Assembly (NCBI GenBank): GCA_937875815.1
Contig: CALFHU010000161.1
Coordinates: 1-54,565 of the forward strand
Source of the DNA: an uncultured Actinomycetes bacterium
GTDB lineage: Bacteria; Actinomycetota; Actinomycetes; S36-B12
Length of the DNA stretch: 54,565 bases
Direction of reading: 5' to 3'
The first letter of the stretch is position 1. Each line of letters begins with the position of its first letter. The notes under the pieces are model-generated. The model was not told the origin of the DNA. It searched no databases and was given only the letters and a program-made list of their open reading frames with translations. Made by a program: the position numbers and the translations under genes. Of the stretch, positions 18,299-27,479 are shown piece after piece.

Positions 18299-19830
18299 TG
18301 AGCACTTCATTACCCCCACTTTCACAGCGCGGGTTTCTCCGGTGGCTGTGGCGGCAACTCACGAGCATGAAAACAGCACTGATTTTGCTGTTCCTGCTTG
18401 CCCTTGCGAGTATTCCCGGTTCAATTTTGCCCCAGAGAGGCACCAACCCAATCTTGGTTGAGCAGTGGATCACAGATAGCCCAACGCTTGGGCCAATTTT
18501 TGATTCAGTCGGACTATTTGACGTGTTCGGATCACCTTGGTATTCGGCTGTGTACATTTTACTGTTCATTTCCCTGATTGGGTGTGTCCTGCCCAGGCTT
18601 GGACTGCATTGGAAAGCCATGCGAAGGCCGCCGCCGTCTGCACCCAAGAATCTCTCCCGATTTGGTGGAGGCGAATTTGAATTTGCGGGTGAGCCCGAAG
18701 TGATCATTGCCGGCGCACGCGCAATTCTCAAAAAGGAACGCTGGCGAACTGTTGTGGGTCAGGATACAAACGGCGGTCATTGGGTTGCAGCCGAAAAGGG
18801 ATACCTGCGTGAAACCGGCAACTTGGTTTTCCATTTCTCACTCATCCTAATTTTGGTTGGGATTGGGATCGGGGGGCTCTTCGGTTGGCGCGGCAATGTC
18901 ATCGTTCGTGAAGGTGAAGGTTTCTCCAATACCTTGACCCAGTACGACGCTTGGGGCGGTGGACGACTTTCCTCGGCAGATAACCTCCCCGAGTTTTCTT
19001 TCACTCTTGAGAGTTTTAATGTTGAATTCGAACGCGGAAATGCCCAGTCGGGGGCGCCAAGGCTTTTTGAAGCAAACATGGTCGTGGATCAGCCGGGTGA
19101 GTCAGGATCAACGACGCATTTGGTCGAAGTCAATCAGCCGCTAGTAATTGATTCAGCAAAGGTCTTTTTGGTGGGACACGGCTACGCACCGCACTTGATT
19201 GTGCGCGATTCACAGGGTGTAGTAGTTCTCGACGACGCTGTCGTATTTCTGCCACAAGATGGCAATTTCACATCAACAGGTGTGATTAAGATTCCCGATG
19301 CAGATCCGCAGCTTGGCTTTCGCGGACTCTTCCTACCGACAACGGCAGTCGACGAAATCCGCGGACCTCACTCGATTTTTCCGGCGCCCGACGACGTCTC
19401 CATTTTTTTCGGGGCTTGGGCGGGGGATCTTGGTTTAGATGACGGTGTGCCGCAGAGCATTTACACCCTCAACGTTGAGGACATGACCCAGCTCGGGCTC
19501 GATCCGTTGCGGATTGGGCAGAGGTGGACGTTGCCTCAAGGCGCGGGAAGCATCGAATTCACCGGATATGAGCGCTGGGCCTCGTTTCAGCTCGCCTACG
19601 ACCCGGGCAAGGAGCTGGCTTTGACTGCGGCAATCCTGGCAATTGCTGGACTGAGTTTGAGTCTGTTTGTCCAACGTCGTCGTATCTGGGTCAAGGTCGG
19701 AGAGGTTCCCGGGCGCACACCGGGGGGCCGGGTTAAGGTTGAGGTCGCCGGGATCGCCAAAGCGTCCGGTCACGATGCAACAGAGCAGGTTGACGCACTT
19801 GTTGAATTACTGAAAGGGAAAGTGCTGTGA
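18298..19830 (+). CDS. resB: Cytochrome c biogenesis protein ResB/Ccs1
   Basis: LTSMKTAL.LL.LLA..SIPGS..PQ, EKGYLRETGNLVFH, VNQPL, RRRIW. Confidence 0.95.
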   Translation: MSTSLPPLSQRGFLRWLWRQLTSMKTALILLFLLALASIPGSILPQRGTNPILVEQWITDSPTLGPIFDSVGLFDVFGSPWYSAVYILLFISLIGCVLPRLGLHWKAMRRPPPSAPKNLSRFGGGEFEFAGEPEVIIAGARAILKKERWRTVVGQDTNGGHWVAAEKGYLRETGNLVFHFSLILILVGIGIGGLFGWRGNVIVREGEGFSNTLTQYDAWGGGRLSSADNLPEFSFTLESFNVEFERGNAQSGAPRLFEANMVVDQPGESGSTTHLVEVNQPLVIDSAKVFLVGHGYAPHLIVRDSQGVVVLDDAVVFLPQDGNFTSTGVIKIPDADPQLGFRGLFLPTTAVDEIRGPHSIFPAPDDVSIFFGAWAGDLGLDDGVPQSIYTLNVEDMTQLGLDPLRIGQRWTLPQGAGSIEFTGYERWASFQLAYDPGKELALTAAILAIAGLSLSLFVQRRRIWVKVGEVPGRTPGGRVKVEVAGIAKASGHDATEQVDALVELLKGKVL

Positions 19831-20759
19831 TGGATAGCTTGGGATTAGCAGATTCGAGTAATAATTTCATCTACGCTGCCATGGTTACCCTGTTCATTGC
19901 AACAGTACTATTTTCAGTCTCTTTCGCTGCGGGACGGCGAAAAGAGTCACAGATCCAAATGGAATCAGCGAAAGTGTTGGTCGAATCCGGTGGATCAAGG
20001 TTGCAAGAATCGGTGAGTGAAGTGACTCGGCTTGAGCCCGGCCACCGGGCGGCAAATATTGGCATGTCTCTCACCTGGCTATCAGCGGCAATGCTCCTGG
20101 TGGGAATCGTTCTACGTGGCATGTGGGCCGGACGGGTGCCCTGGGGCAACATGTACGAATTTTCTATTACTTCGGCGTTAGGAATCTTGCTGGTATTCCT
20201 GGTGTGGTCAACCCAGCGAGATTTGCGATGGCTGGGGCTTTTTGTCACAATCCCGACCCTGTTAACCCTCGGTTTAGCCGTAACGGTGTTGTACACAGAG
20301 GCGGCCCAGCTAGTTCCGGCTTTGAAGTCCTACTGGCTCGTCATCCACGTCTTTGCCGCGATTATTGGCGGCGGGGCCTTCACGGTGGGAGCTGCAACCG
20401 CAGGTCTGTCCTTGATCTCAGACAAAGGCTGGTTTAGGCAACTGCCATCACGAGAAAAACTGGAGGGGCTCACCCACCGAATCATTTCTTTCTCGTTTCC
20501 CATCTGGACTTTTGCTGTTGTCGCAGGGGCAATTTGGGCTGAAAATGCGTGGGGCAGATACTGGGGATGGGATCCCAAAGAAACATGGGCATTTATTACC
20601 TGGGTGGTCTTCGCTGCGTACTTGCACGCGCGTTCAACGGCCGGTTGGAAACACCAGAAAGCCTCGGTCATCGCACTGGTCGGTTGGCTATCATTTCTGA
20701 TCAACTATTTTGGGGTCAATATCTTTATTAACAGCCTGCACAGTTACGCGGGTGTGTAG
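19827..20759 (+). CDS. ccsB: Cytochrome c synthase CcsA/ResC (CcsB)
   Basis: PWGNMYEF, WLVIH, WWD domain WAENAWGRYWGWDPKETW, YLH, LHSYAG. Confidence 0.96.
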   Translation: MMDSLGLADSSNNFIYAAMVTLFIATVLFSVSFAAGRRKESQIQMESAKVLVESGGSRLQESVSEVTRLEPGHRAANIGMSLTWLSAAMLLVGIVLRGMWAGRVPWGNMYEFSITSALGILLVFLVWSTQRDLRWLGLFVTIPTLLTLGLAVTVLYTEAAQLVPALKSYWLVIHVFAAIIGGGAFTVGAATAGLSLISDKGWFRQLPSREKLEGLTHRIISFSFPIWTFAVVAGAIWAENAWGRYWGWDPKETWAFITWVVFAAYLHARSTAGWKHQKASVIALVGWLSFLINYFGVNIFINSLHSYAGV

Positions 20760-20782
20760 CCCAGTCGCAAAAAGGCTGTCAC

Positions 20783-21088
20783 TCAGGGATTTTGCTCGCG
20801 TCGTTTACGCATTTTGTCGACCCACACGTCATCATCGAGCTTTCGCAAGAATTTAGGATCATCGTCAGGGGCGCTGGGCTCGGACTTTCGCCCCGGCAAG
20901 CCGCCGGCGGGCCAGGGGCGTCCCAACAGCAACCAGATCACTCCGCCAATAATTGGTAACACGATCACGATCAGGAGCCAGACGTATTTGGGGAGCGTGC
21001 GGGTGTGGCTCTTCTCGCTGCGCAGGACATCGATAATCGAATAAATGTAGAAAGCGATTCCTACTAAAGCTCCAGCTACCTTGATCAT
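20783..21088 (-). CDS. PLD-nuclease N-terminal domain small membrane protein
   Basis: YSIID..LPK.VW.LI..LP..G..W..GRP and APDDDP.FL motif; GAGGAG SD before ATG 21088. Confidence 0.82.
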   Translation of the reverse strand: MIKVAGALVGIAFYIYSIIDVLRSEKSHTRTLPKYVWLLIVIVLPIIGGVIWLLLGRPWPAGGLPGRKSEPSAPDDDPKFLRKLDDDVWVDKMRKRREQNP

Positions 21089-21213
21089 GGCCCTCCTCAC
21101 AAATCCGTGGAATGTCGGTCCTGCATTGTTCCTTGCTACCCACTCAAATTGCCAGTTGGTAAAATCTAAGGGTACGCCATAATCGCAAACCTCGTCGGGG
21201 TAGCGTTTAGGGG

Positions 21214-21573
21214 GTGAAGAACAAGTCAATGGCCTGGGTAACTTACACAACCATCAGATTGGCGCTGGTGGCCGTGGTTTGGTTCGTCATCCAGTTTCTG
21301 ACTCCGGTCAGGGGGGTGCTGGCTATTACGCTGGCGCTCCTGCTTTCAGCGATCTTCAGCATTATTTTTCTGGGGAAACAGCGAGATGCCATGAGTCAAT
21401 CGATGTTTGGATTCTTCCGCCGACTCAATGAACGTATTGATGCCGCCGCCGCCAAAGAGGACTATCTAGAGGGCGAGCCCAAGACCCAGGACAACTCCGT
21501 AAATCAGCAGGACGTTCCCGGTAGCTATGAGGACGGGGATCAGGGCGGGCCCGCGGGCCCCGCGACGAACTAA
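21214..21573 (+). CDS. DUF4229 family membrane protein
   Basis: YT..RL, two TM helices, basic/acidic helix ending ..ED; typical position next to menA. Confidence 0.75.
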   Translation: MKNKSMAWVTYTTIRLALVAVVWFVIQFLTPVRGVLAITLALLLSAIFSIIFLGKQRDAMSQSMFGFFRRLNERIDAAAAKEDYLEGEPKTQDNSVNQQDVPGSYEDGDQGGPAGPATN

Positions 21574-22338
21574 TTTAATCGGCAGGAGAGCCCAGGGCAT
21601 GGCCAAGTAGCCCAGGGCAGCCCACGGGCCAAAGGGAACTATCAGGAGTGCAGGCACGATGAAAGCCACAGCGACGCAAGCAACGTAAAGCTTCCGGGTG
21701 CGCGCGTCGCCGAGTCGAACCGCCAGTGTGAGTTTTCCGTGCTCGGTGTCGCCGGGAATATCACGCAAATTGTTGGTGATCAGGATGGAACAAGCGAGTG
21801 CACCCACGCCGACGGAAGCAATGAAAGCACCGACGGTGAGCTCCAAAGTTTGCACATAAGCCGTCCCCATGACTGGCACGATTCCAAAAAAGATGAAAAC
21901 AAAAATTTCACCAAAACCAGCATAACCATATGGTCGTGACCCACCGGTATAGAACCAAGCAGCTGCCACGCTCGCTGCGCCGACTAGGAGCAGCCACCAC
22001 GCTTGAGTGAGCAGAACCACTATTAATCCGCTGACCATCGCGAATGCGAACATCAGGAATGCAGCCCGCTTCACTTCGTGGGATTGAGCAAGCCCCTGAC
22101 CCACTAGGCGCACCGGACCCACGCGATGGCTGTCGGTCCCGCGGATCCCGTCGCTGTAGTCATTTGAATAGTTCACCCCGGCTTGAAGGGCAAGTGCAAC
22201 GACTAGAGCTAAGAGTGCCCGAACGATATTGAATGAATCAGCATGCTGGGCGATTCCGGTTCCTACCAGCACGGGTGCAATTGCTGCGGGAAGCGTACGC
22301 GGTCGAGCGCCCTGAATCCATTCACTTGTCGTGGCCAC
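21466..22338 (-). CDS. menA: 1,4-dihydroxy-2-naphthoate polyprenyltransferase
   Basis: GARPRTL, NYSNDYSDGIRGTD, YTGG..PYGY, NNLRDI..D...GK.TLAVRLG. Confidence 0.96.
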   Translation of the reverse strand: MATTSEWIQGARPRTLPAAIAPVLVGTGIAQHADSFNIVRALLALVVALALQAGVNYSNDYSDGIRGTDSHRVGPVRLVGQGLAQSHEVKRAAFLMFAFAMVSGLIVVLLTQAWWLLLVGAASVAAAWFYTGGSRPYGYAGFGEIFVFIFFGIVPVMGTAYVQTLELTVGAFIASVGVGALACSILITNNLRDIPGDTEHGKLTLAVRLGDARTRKLYVACVAVAFIVPALLIVPFGPWAALGYLAMPWALLPIKLVRRGARGPALIPVLIATGNVLLIYGVVLGLGLAL

Positions 22339-22341
22339 GGG

Positions 22342-23523
22342 CTAACCGTAGAGGTTCGTGATTGTGACTCGATCAAGTTTGCCATTTGGCAAGGTCGGGA
22401 TTTGCGTGACTACGCGGAAAGTGGGTATCGCAATAGATCCGAGTTTTTGTACGATTTGGTGACGGATGCTTCCCGATACACCTTCAAAGTCTGCGGGTGT
22501 GGCAACTATCAGCGCGGTGAGATTGGGAAGCACATAACAACTTTGCACTGAGGGATTTTCCTCGATGATCTTGGCAATTGCGGTCCGCGAGATATTTACC
22601 CCGTTGATCACAACAATGTCATCGAGTCTGCCGAGAATTTCTAATTGTCCAATTAAATCCGCGACCCCAAAATCATCGGTGGCAAATGTTGAGTTAAATG
22701 GTGTGAAAGCCCGCCCGCCGATGGGTCGATAGCCCGAAGCGATGCTCGGACCGTGAAGAGTTATTCGGGAGTCAGCCGGATCAAGTGTGAAATTCGTGCC
22801 GGGCCCGTTTTTCCCGCTGAATATGCATCCACCGGAAGTCTCGGTCATGCCATAGGTGTAGCTGACTGGAAGTCCGAGATCTTGTGCCTGCAAGAAGTCG
22901 TTGGTTGGAGTTGGCCCGCCACCGATCAAAATGGCTGTGCAACGGCGAAGTGCCTGGGCACCAAGTTGTGAGTTAAGGAGCCTGCGAAGCTGGGCGGGCA
23001 CCAATGAGACGAACACAGGTTCGTCTTTGCTTCTTTCCACCGAGTTCGCGAATTCATCAGGATCAAAAGTGGAACCACCAGCAATGCTTTCGAGTGCGAT
23101 GGGGGGTACCCCGGCCGCGATTGAACGGGTCAGAACGTTGACTCCGCCAACAGATGTAACGGGCAGCGCGCAAATCCACTGTGGTGGCGCATCAAGTTGC
23201 ACTCCAACGACCTCGCCTGAATTTACAAAGTCATTCATTGCGCTCAGCTGGGAGTAACTGAGTTCAACCCCGCGGGGATTTCCCGTTGACCCTGAAGTCG
23301 TCAGAATCGCGGCCGTGTGGCTGTGACACGGAGTGCTGGGATTGATTGCTTCCCGGATCGCCTGGATCTGGTGGCTGGAGTAGTGACGGCTTTGCTGTGG
23401 AATGGGAGCAAAAACCTGTTCGTTGGCGAGAGCTTCGCTTAGGGCATCGAATGCCGTGGCGACACCAGGGCTACCGGGAGGTATCTGGGTGAGTTCGATT
23501 TCACGAATAGTTGAGTCGGCCAC
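22342..23523 (-). CDS. menE: o-succinylbenzoate-CoA ligase
   Basis: TSGSTG.PRGV, SLVPAQL, TYGMTET, GRLDD, GKLDR. Start GTG 23523 from the TATTCT -10 box. Confidence 0.88.
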   Translation of the reverse strand: MADSTIREIELTQIPPGSPGVATAFDALSEALANEQVFAPIPQQSRHYSSHQIQAIREAINPSTPCHSHTAAILTTSGSTGNPRGVELSYSQLSAMNDFVNSGEVVGVQLDAPPQWICALPVTSVGGVNVLTRSIAAGVPPIALESIAGGSTFDPDEFANSVERSKDEPVFVSLVPAQLRRLLNSQLGAQALRRCTAILIGGGPTPTNDFLQAQDLGLPVSYTYGMTETSGGCIFSGKNGPGTNFTLDPADSRITLHGPSIASGYRPIGGRAFTPFNSTFATDDFGVADLIGQLEILGRLDDIVVINGVNISRTAIAKIIEENPSVQSCYVLPNLTALIVATPADFEGVSGSIRHQIVQKLGSIAIPTFRVVTQIPTLPNGKLDRVTITNLYG

Positions 23524-23558
23524 GAGCCGAGAATAGGAGATACAGGTAATCTCGGCAC

Positions 23559-24491
23559 ATGGACACTCGCAAACGTTATGTACTGCCCCCGGTCGCGCCA
23601 ACTGAATCACCGGCCTGGACAGATCCAGCCCACTCGTCCATTACAGCGGCGTGTGCTTGGCAAAGTGTCGGGGAATTCAGCGATATCACCTACAGTCTGG
23701 GCACTGGTGCCTATCAGGGAATAGCAAAGATTACGATCTGCCGACCAGAAAAGCGAAATGCATTTCGGCCGCAGACCCTTTTTGAGTTAAGTGATGCATT
23801 CAATGCAGCCCGCGACGATGATCGAGTGGGTGTAATCATTTTGACGGGCCAAGGGGATCTCGCATTTTGCTCCGGAGGGGATCAAGTGGTCCGCGCAAAT
23901 GATGGCTACATCGGCGACGACGAGGTTGCCCAGAAGGGAATTGGTCGCCTCAACGTTCTTGACCTTCAGATCCAGATCCGCCGACTGCCTAAGCCCGTAA
24001 TCGCCATGGTTGCCGGCTATTCAATTGGTGGTGGCCATGTTCTCCATGTCGTGTGTGATCTGACCGTTGCTGCCGACAATGCGCGCTTTGGTCAAACCGG
24101 TCCCAGAGTTGGTTCATTCGATGGTGGATACGGATCAGGCCTACTCGCACGAATCGTGGGACAAAAGCGCTCGCGTGAAGTCTGGTACACATGCAATCAA
24201 TATGGTGCCGAGCAGGCCTACGACTGGGGCTTGGTCAACGAGGTAGTTCCCCTTGAAGACCTTGAGATTGCGACTTGCGACTTAGCATCACAAATGCTCA
24301 CCATGTCGCCTCTCGCACTTCGCATGCTGAAGGCATCACATAATGCAGTCGACGACGGTCTTGCCGGGATTCAACAACTGGCGGGGGATTCAACACTTCT
24401 GTTTTACATGACCGAGGAAGCCCAAGAAGGTCGCGATGCTTACAAGGAAAAGCGGGAACCTGATTTTGGACGCTTCCCGAAGCGGCCGTAG
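23559..24491 (+). CDS. menB: 1,4-dihydroxy-2-naphthoyl-CoA synthase
   Basis: [39 protein letters not shown]. Confidence 0.97.
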   Translation: MDTRKRYVLPPVAPTESPAWTDPAHSSITAACAWQSVGEFSDITYSLGTGAYQGIAKITICRPEKRNAFRPQTLFELSDAFNAARDDDRVGVIILTGQGDLAFCSGGDQVVRANDGYIGDDEVAQKGIGRLNVLDLQIQIRRLPKPVIAMVAGYSIGGGHVLHVVCDLTVAADNARFGQTGPRVGSFDGGYGSGLLARIVGQKRSREVWYTCNQYGAEQAYDWGLVNEVVPLEDLEIATCDLASQMLTMSPLALRMLKASHNAVDDGLAGIQQLAGDSTLLFYMTEEAQEGRDAYKEKREPDFGRFPKRP

Positions 24492-24496
24492 TTGCT

Positions 24497-25498
24497 ATGT
24501 TGCATGCTTTTCCCGAACTTGAGTTCTTTTCGCTTACCTTGCAAGAAGAGTTTCGAGGAGTTCGGACGCGAGAGGGGATTCTTTTAGCGGGGCCTTTGGG
24601 TTGGGGTGAGTTCAGTCCATTTCCCAACTACACGCCCATCCAAGATTCCTTATGGCTACGTGCCGCATTGGAATCGGCATTTGTTCCACTTAAGTATCCA
24701 GAAAATTCAAGCGTCGCGGTAAACGCAATTATTGGGGACAACGAGGATTCCTATCTGGGGAGCGCTAGGGCGCTGAACGAATTTGGCTGCACCACTATAA
24801 AAATTAAAGTAGGACTTGACGTGGATCAGGACGTCGAGCGTGTACAAGAAATTGTCCGAGCATTCGTTGACGCAGGACAATTAAACAAGTTACTTATTCG
24901 ACTTGACGCCAATGGCCGATGGGGTATTGCGCAGGCAGTTGACACCATCAGTGAACTGCAATCAGTTCCGATTGAATACATTGAGCAACCATGTCGGTCG
25001 GCCACGCAATTACGTGAACTGCGCAAAAAAGTGACGGTACCCATTGCCGTTGATGAAATCGTTCGCATCGACGGCCAACACCAAGTGAGTGAATTCGCTG
25101 ATCTGGCAATCATCAAGGTATCTCCGCTCGGTGGCACTGATGCAGTTGAACGTTTGATTGAAAAGTTGGACGTACCGGTTCGATTTAGTAGCGCATTTGA
25201 ATCAAGTGTTGGACTCAACTCCTCACTATTAGCGGCCCATAAATTCGCCCCCCACCAGGTAGCCGGGCTGGGAACTGGGATGCTGCTCGCAACGGACACG
25301 GTGAAGCGGCCGGTCATTCCCCATGAAGGCCGTATTCGGGTTGTCAAATGTGAACCCGATCCGGAACAACTCAAACGTGTTCCGCTACCCCAGACCCAGC
25401 AGGACTTGTGGCGCAAACGACTTGCAAAGGCCTGGGACTTAATTCCTGAGTCCCAACTCGCGTCCTGGGGCGTGCCTAAGCGGAGTGTGCAAGGCTAG
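24497..25498 (+). CDS. menC: o-succinylbenzoate synthase
   Basis: FRGV..REG, GWGEFSPF, KIKV, DANG, EQP, DE, SSAFES, GLGTG. Confidence 0.93.
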   Translation: MLHAFPELEFFSLTLQEEFRGVRTREGILLAGPLGWGEFSPFPNYTPIQDSLWLRAALESAFVPLKYPENSSVAVNAIIGDNEDSYLGSARALNEFGCTTIKIKVGLDVDQDVERVQEIVRAFVDAGQLNKLLIRLDANGRWGIAQAVDTISELQSVPIEYIEQPCRSATQLRELRKKVTVPIAVDEIVRIDGQHQVSEFADLAIIKVSPLGGTDAVERLIEKLDVPVRFSSAFESSVGLNSSLLAAHKFAPHQVAGLGTGMLLATDTVKRPVIPHEGRIRVVKCEPDPEQLKRVPLPQTQQDLWRKRLAKAWDLIPESQLASWGVPKRSVQG

Positions 25499-25502
25499 GG
25501 AC

Positions 25503-27242
25503 ATGGAGCCTTCGGTCGCCCAAGCGAAAGTCATGGTCGACGAACTTATTCGTTGCGGAGTCACTGACGTCGTTCTTTCGCCTGGTTCGCGTAGTGCACC
25601 ACTGGCATTGGAACTTGCCGCAGCGCACGCACGATTCGAAATCCGTGTGCATGTACGACTTGATGAGCGGGTTGCCGGCTTTGTTGCATTGGGAATTGGG
25701 AAGGCCACCGGGATCCCGGCTGCAGTAGTGACCACTTCAGGGAGCGCCGTTGCAAATCTGTTGCCTGCAGTCATTGAAGCGGATCATTCTTATGTGCCGA
25801 TGCTGTTATTGACGGCCGACCGACCACCACAATTGCGGGGAATTGGGGCCAATCAAACAATCGCCCAGACAACGATTTTCGGACCACATGTTCGGTCCGT
25901 TACCGACCTGGCAACCGCCACCACTTCCGAAGGTCAAGTCAAATATTGGCGCTCGGAAGTTTCGCGGGCTGTTGGGATAGCCACTGATTCGATCAGCCCA
26001 GGTCCGGTTCATCTCAATATCCCCTTTTCGGCTCCACTTGTGGGTGACCCAGACGGTAATTGGGTCGAGGACCTTGACGGGCGCCCCGATGGTAGACCTT
26101 GGGTGGCCGATGCCAGATTGTTTGCCGCAGTGAGTTCACCACTGGACGAGATAATGACATTCCTAGATGAAGAAGGTGTGGTGCCGGCACGTGGGCTAAT
26201 TGTGGTTGGAGATCACAACGATTCCGATTTTATCGAAATGATTGACGAACTCAGCGACTTTATTGGCTGGCCAATAATTGCCGAACCCAGTGCTAATTTG
26301 AGCCGAGCCGATCTCACGCTCTCCCATGGGCTCCTGCTTGCCGCGGACGAGGCCTTCCGTGAAACCCATATCCCTGAACTAGTTCTGACAATTGGCAAGG
26401 TCGGCCTGTCTCGTGGAGTGCTACAGCTCATTGATTCGGCGGAGATTCACATCGCGGTAGATAGTCACGTCCATTTCTCTGACCCAACCCGCAGTGCGGA
26501 CCTGGTGATTGCCTCTGTTCCGCTTCCGCCGCAAGAGTGCGAAGTCGATGGTGAATGGCTTGAGCAGTGGCAGCGGGCCGACATCTTGGCGGCTGCTGCA
26601 ATCGAGACCGTTCTGAATCCGGAAGAGCTTACGGGAATGCAGATTGCGCGGGTTGTGACCCGATTTTTACCGGAATCGGGAACATTATTTTTAGGAGCGT
26701 CTTCAGCCGTCCGCCATGTTGCCTCATTCGCCGCAACGGGTGTTACCGACTCGGCGGTTCTTGGCAATCGTGGTGTTTCAGGTATTGACGGTTGTATTTC
26801 TACTGCCTCAGGTATTGCGATCAGTGCCACAGTTGAAGGAGATGGCTGCGTGGTTGCTTTGGTGGGCGACCAGTCATTTCTCTATGACAGCAATGCACTG
26901 CTGATTCCGCCCACTGAGACAAGCATCAATCTTGTAATTGTTGTGATCGACAACAACGGTGGGGGAATCTTCTCCACACTGGAGCAAGGTGCTCCCGAGT
27001 ACTCCAAGCATTTTGAACAAGTGTTTGGGGTTCCGCTGGATGTAGACCCGTCTCTTGTTGCCTCTTCCATGAAAGCTAATGCCGTCACTGTCACGAATGA
27101 AGACGATTTAGCTGAAGCACTCGATCAGGCAATTAACGGTGGCTTGCATGTAATCACCGTAACCAGTGTTGATCGGGCACGTGAAAGTGAAATTCTAGGC
27201 CACATCGCACAGGCCGTTCGTGAAGCACTTTCTGGGAGTTGA
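25503..27242 (+). CDS. menD: SEPHCHC synthase
   Basis: SPGSRSAPL, DERVAGF, TSGSAVAN, ANQT, NRGVSGIDG, GD..F.YD.N, NNGGGIF. Confidence 0.96.
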   Translation: MEPSVAQAKVMVDELIRCGVTDVVLSPGSRSAPLALELAAAHARFEIRVHVRLDERVAGFVALGIGKATGIPAAVVTTSGSAVANLLPAVIEADHSYVPMLLLTADRPPQLRGIGANQTIAQTTIFGPHVRSVTDLATATTSEGQVKYWRSEVSRAVGIATDSISPGPVHLNIPFSAPLVGDPDGNWVEDLDGRPDGRPWVADARLFAAVSSPLDEIMTFLDEEGVVPARGLIVVGDHNDSDFIEMIDELSDFIGWPIIAEPSANLSRADLTLSHGLLLAADEAFRETHIPELVLTIGKVGLSRGVLQLIDSAEIHIAVDSHVHFSDPTRSADLVIASVPLPPQECEVDGEWLEQWQRADILAAAAIETVLNPEELTGMQIARVVTRFLPESGTLFLGASSAVRHVASFAATGVTDSAVLGNRGVSGIDGCISTASGIAISATVEGDGCVVALVGDQSFLYDSNALLIPPTETSINLVIVVIDNNGGGIFSTLEQGAPEYSKHFEQVFGVPLDVDPSLVASSMKANAVTVTNEDDLAEALDQAINGGLHVITVTSVDRARESEILGHIAQAVREALSGS

Positions 27243-27247
27243 GTGAG

Positions 27248-27334
27248 GTGGTCGCAGATTCAACGCGACAGAAAATTGTTCAGGCTGCCGCGGACCTATA
27301 TTCGACTCTTGGTGCTCAATATTTTGCGGCGTGA
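27248..27334 (+). pseudogene. Probable TetR N-terminal remnant (28 aa)
   Basis: VVADSTRQKIVQAAADLYSTLGAQYFAA* resembles TetR helix 1 (TRxxIxxAAxxLFxxxG) and stops before the HTH. Confidence 0.5.
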
Positions 27335-27479
27335 GATTCCCAAGAGCTCTGGTTGCGTTGCCGGGGCGGTCACAGCAGTTGCATAGAACCGCTCAGAGTT
27401 CATCCACTCGTCCTTGCCCAGATGCCGCATTCCTCGGTTACCAGGAGCGTTGATGTAGATCTTGACGCGAGCGAAAATC

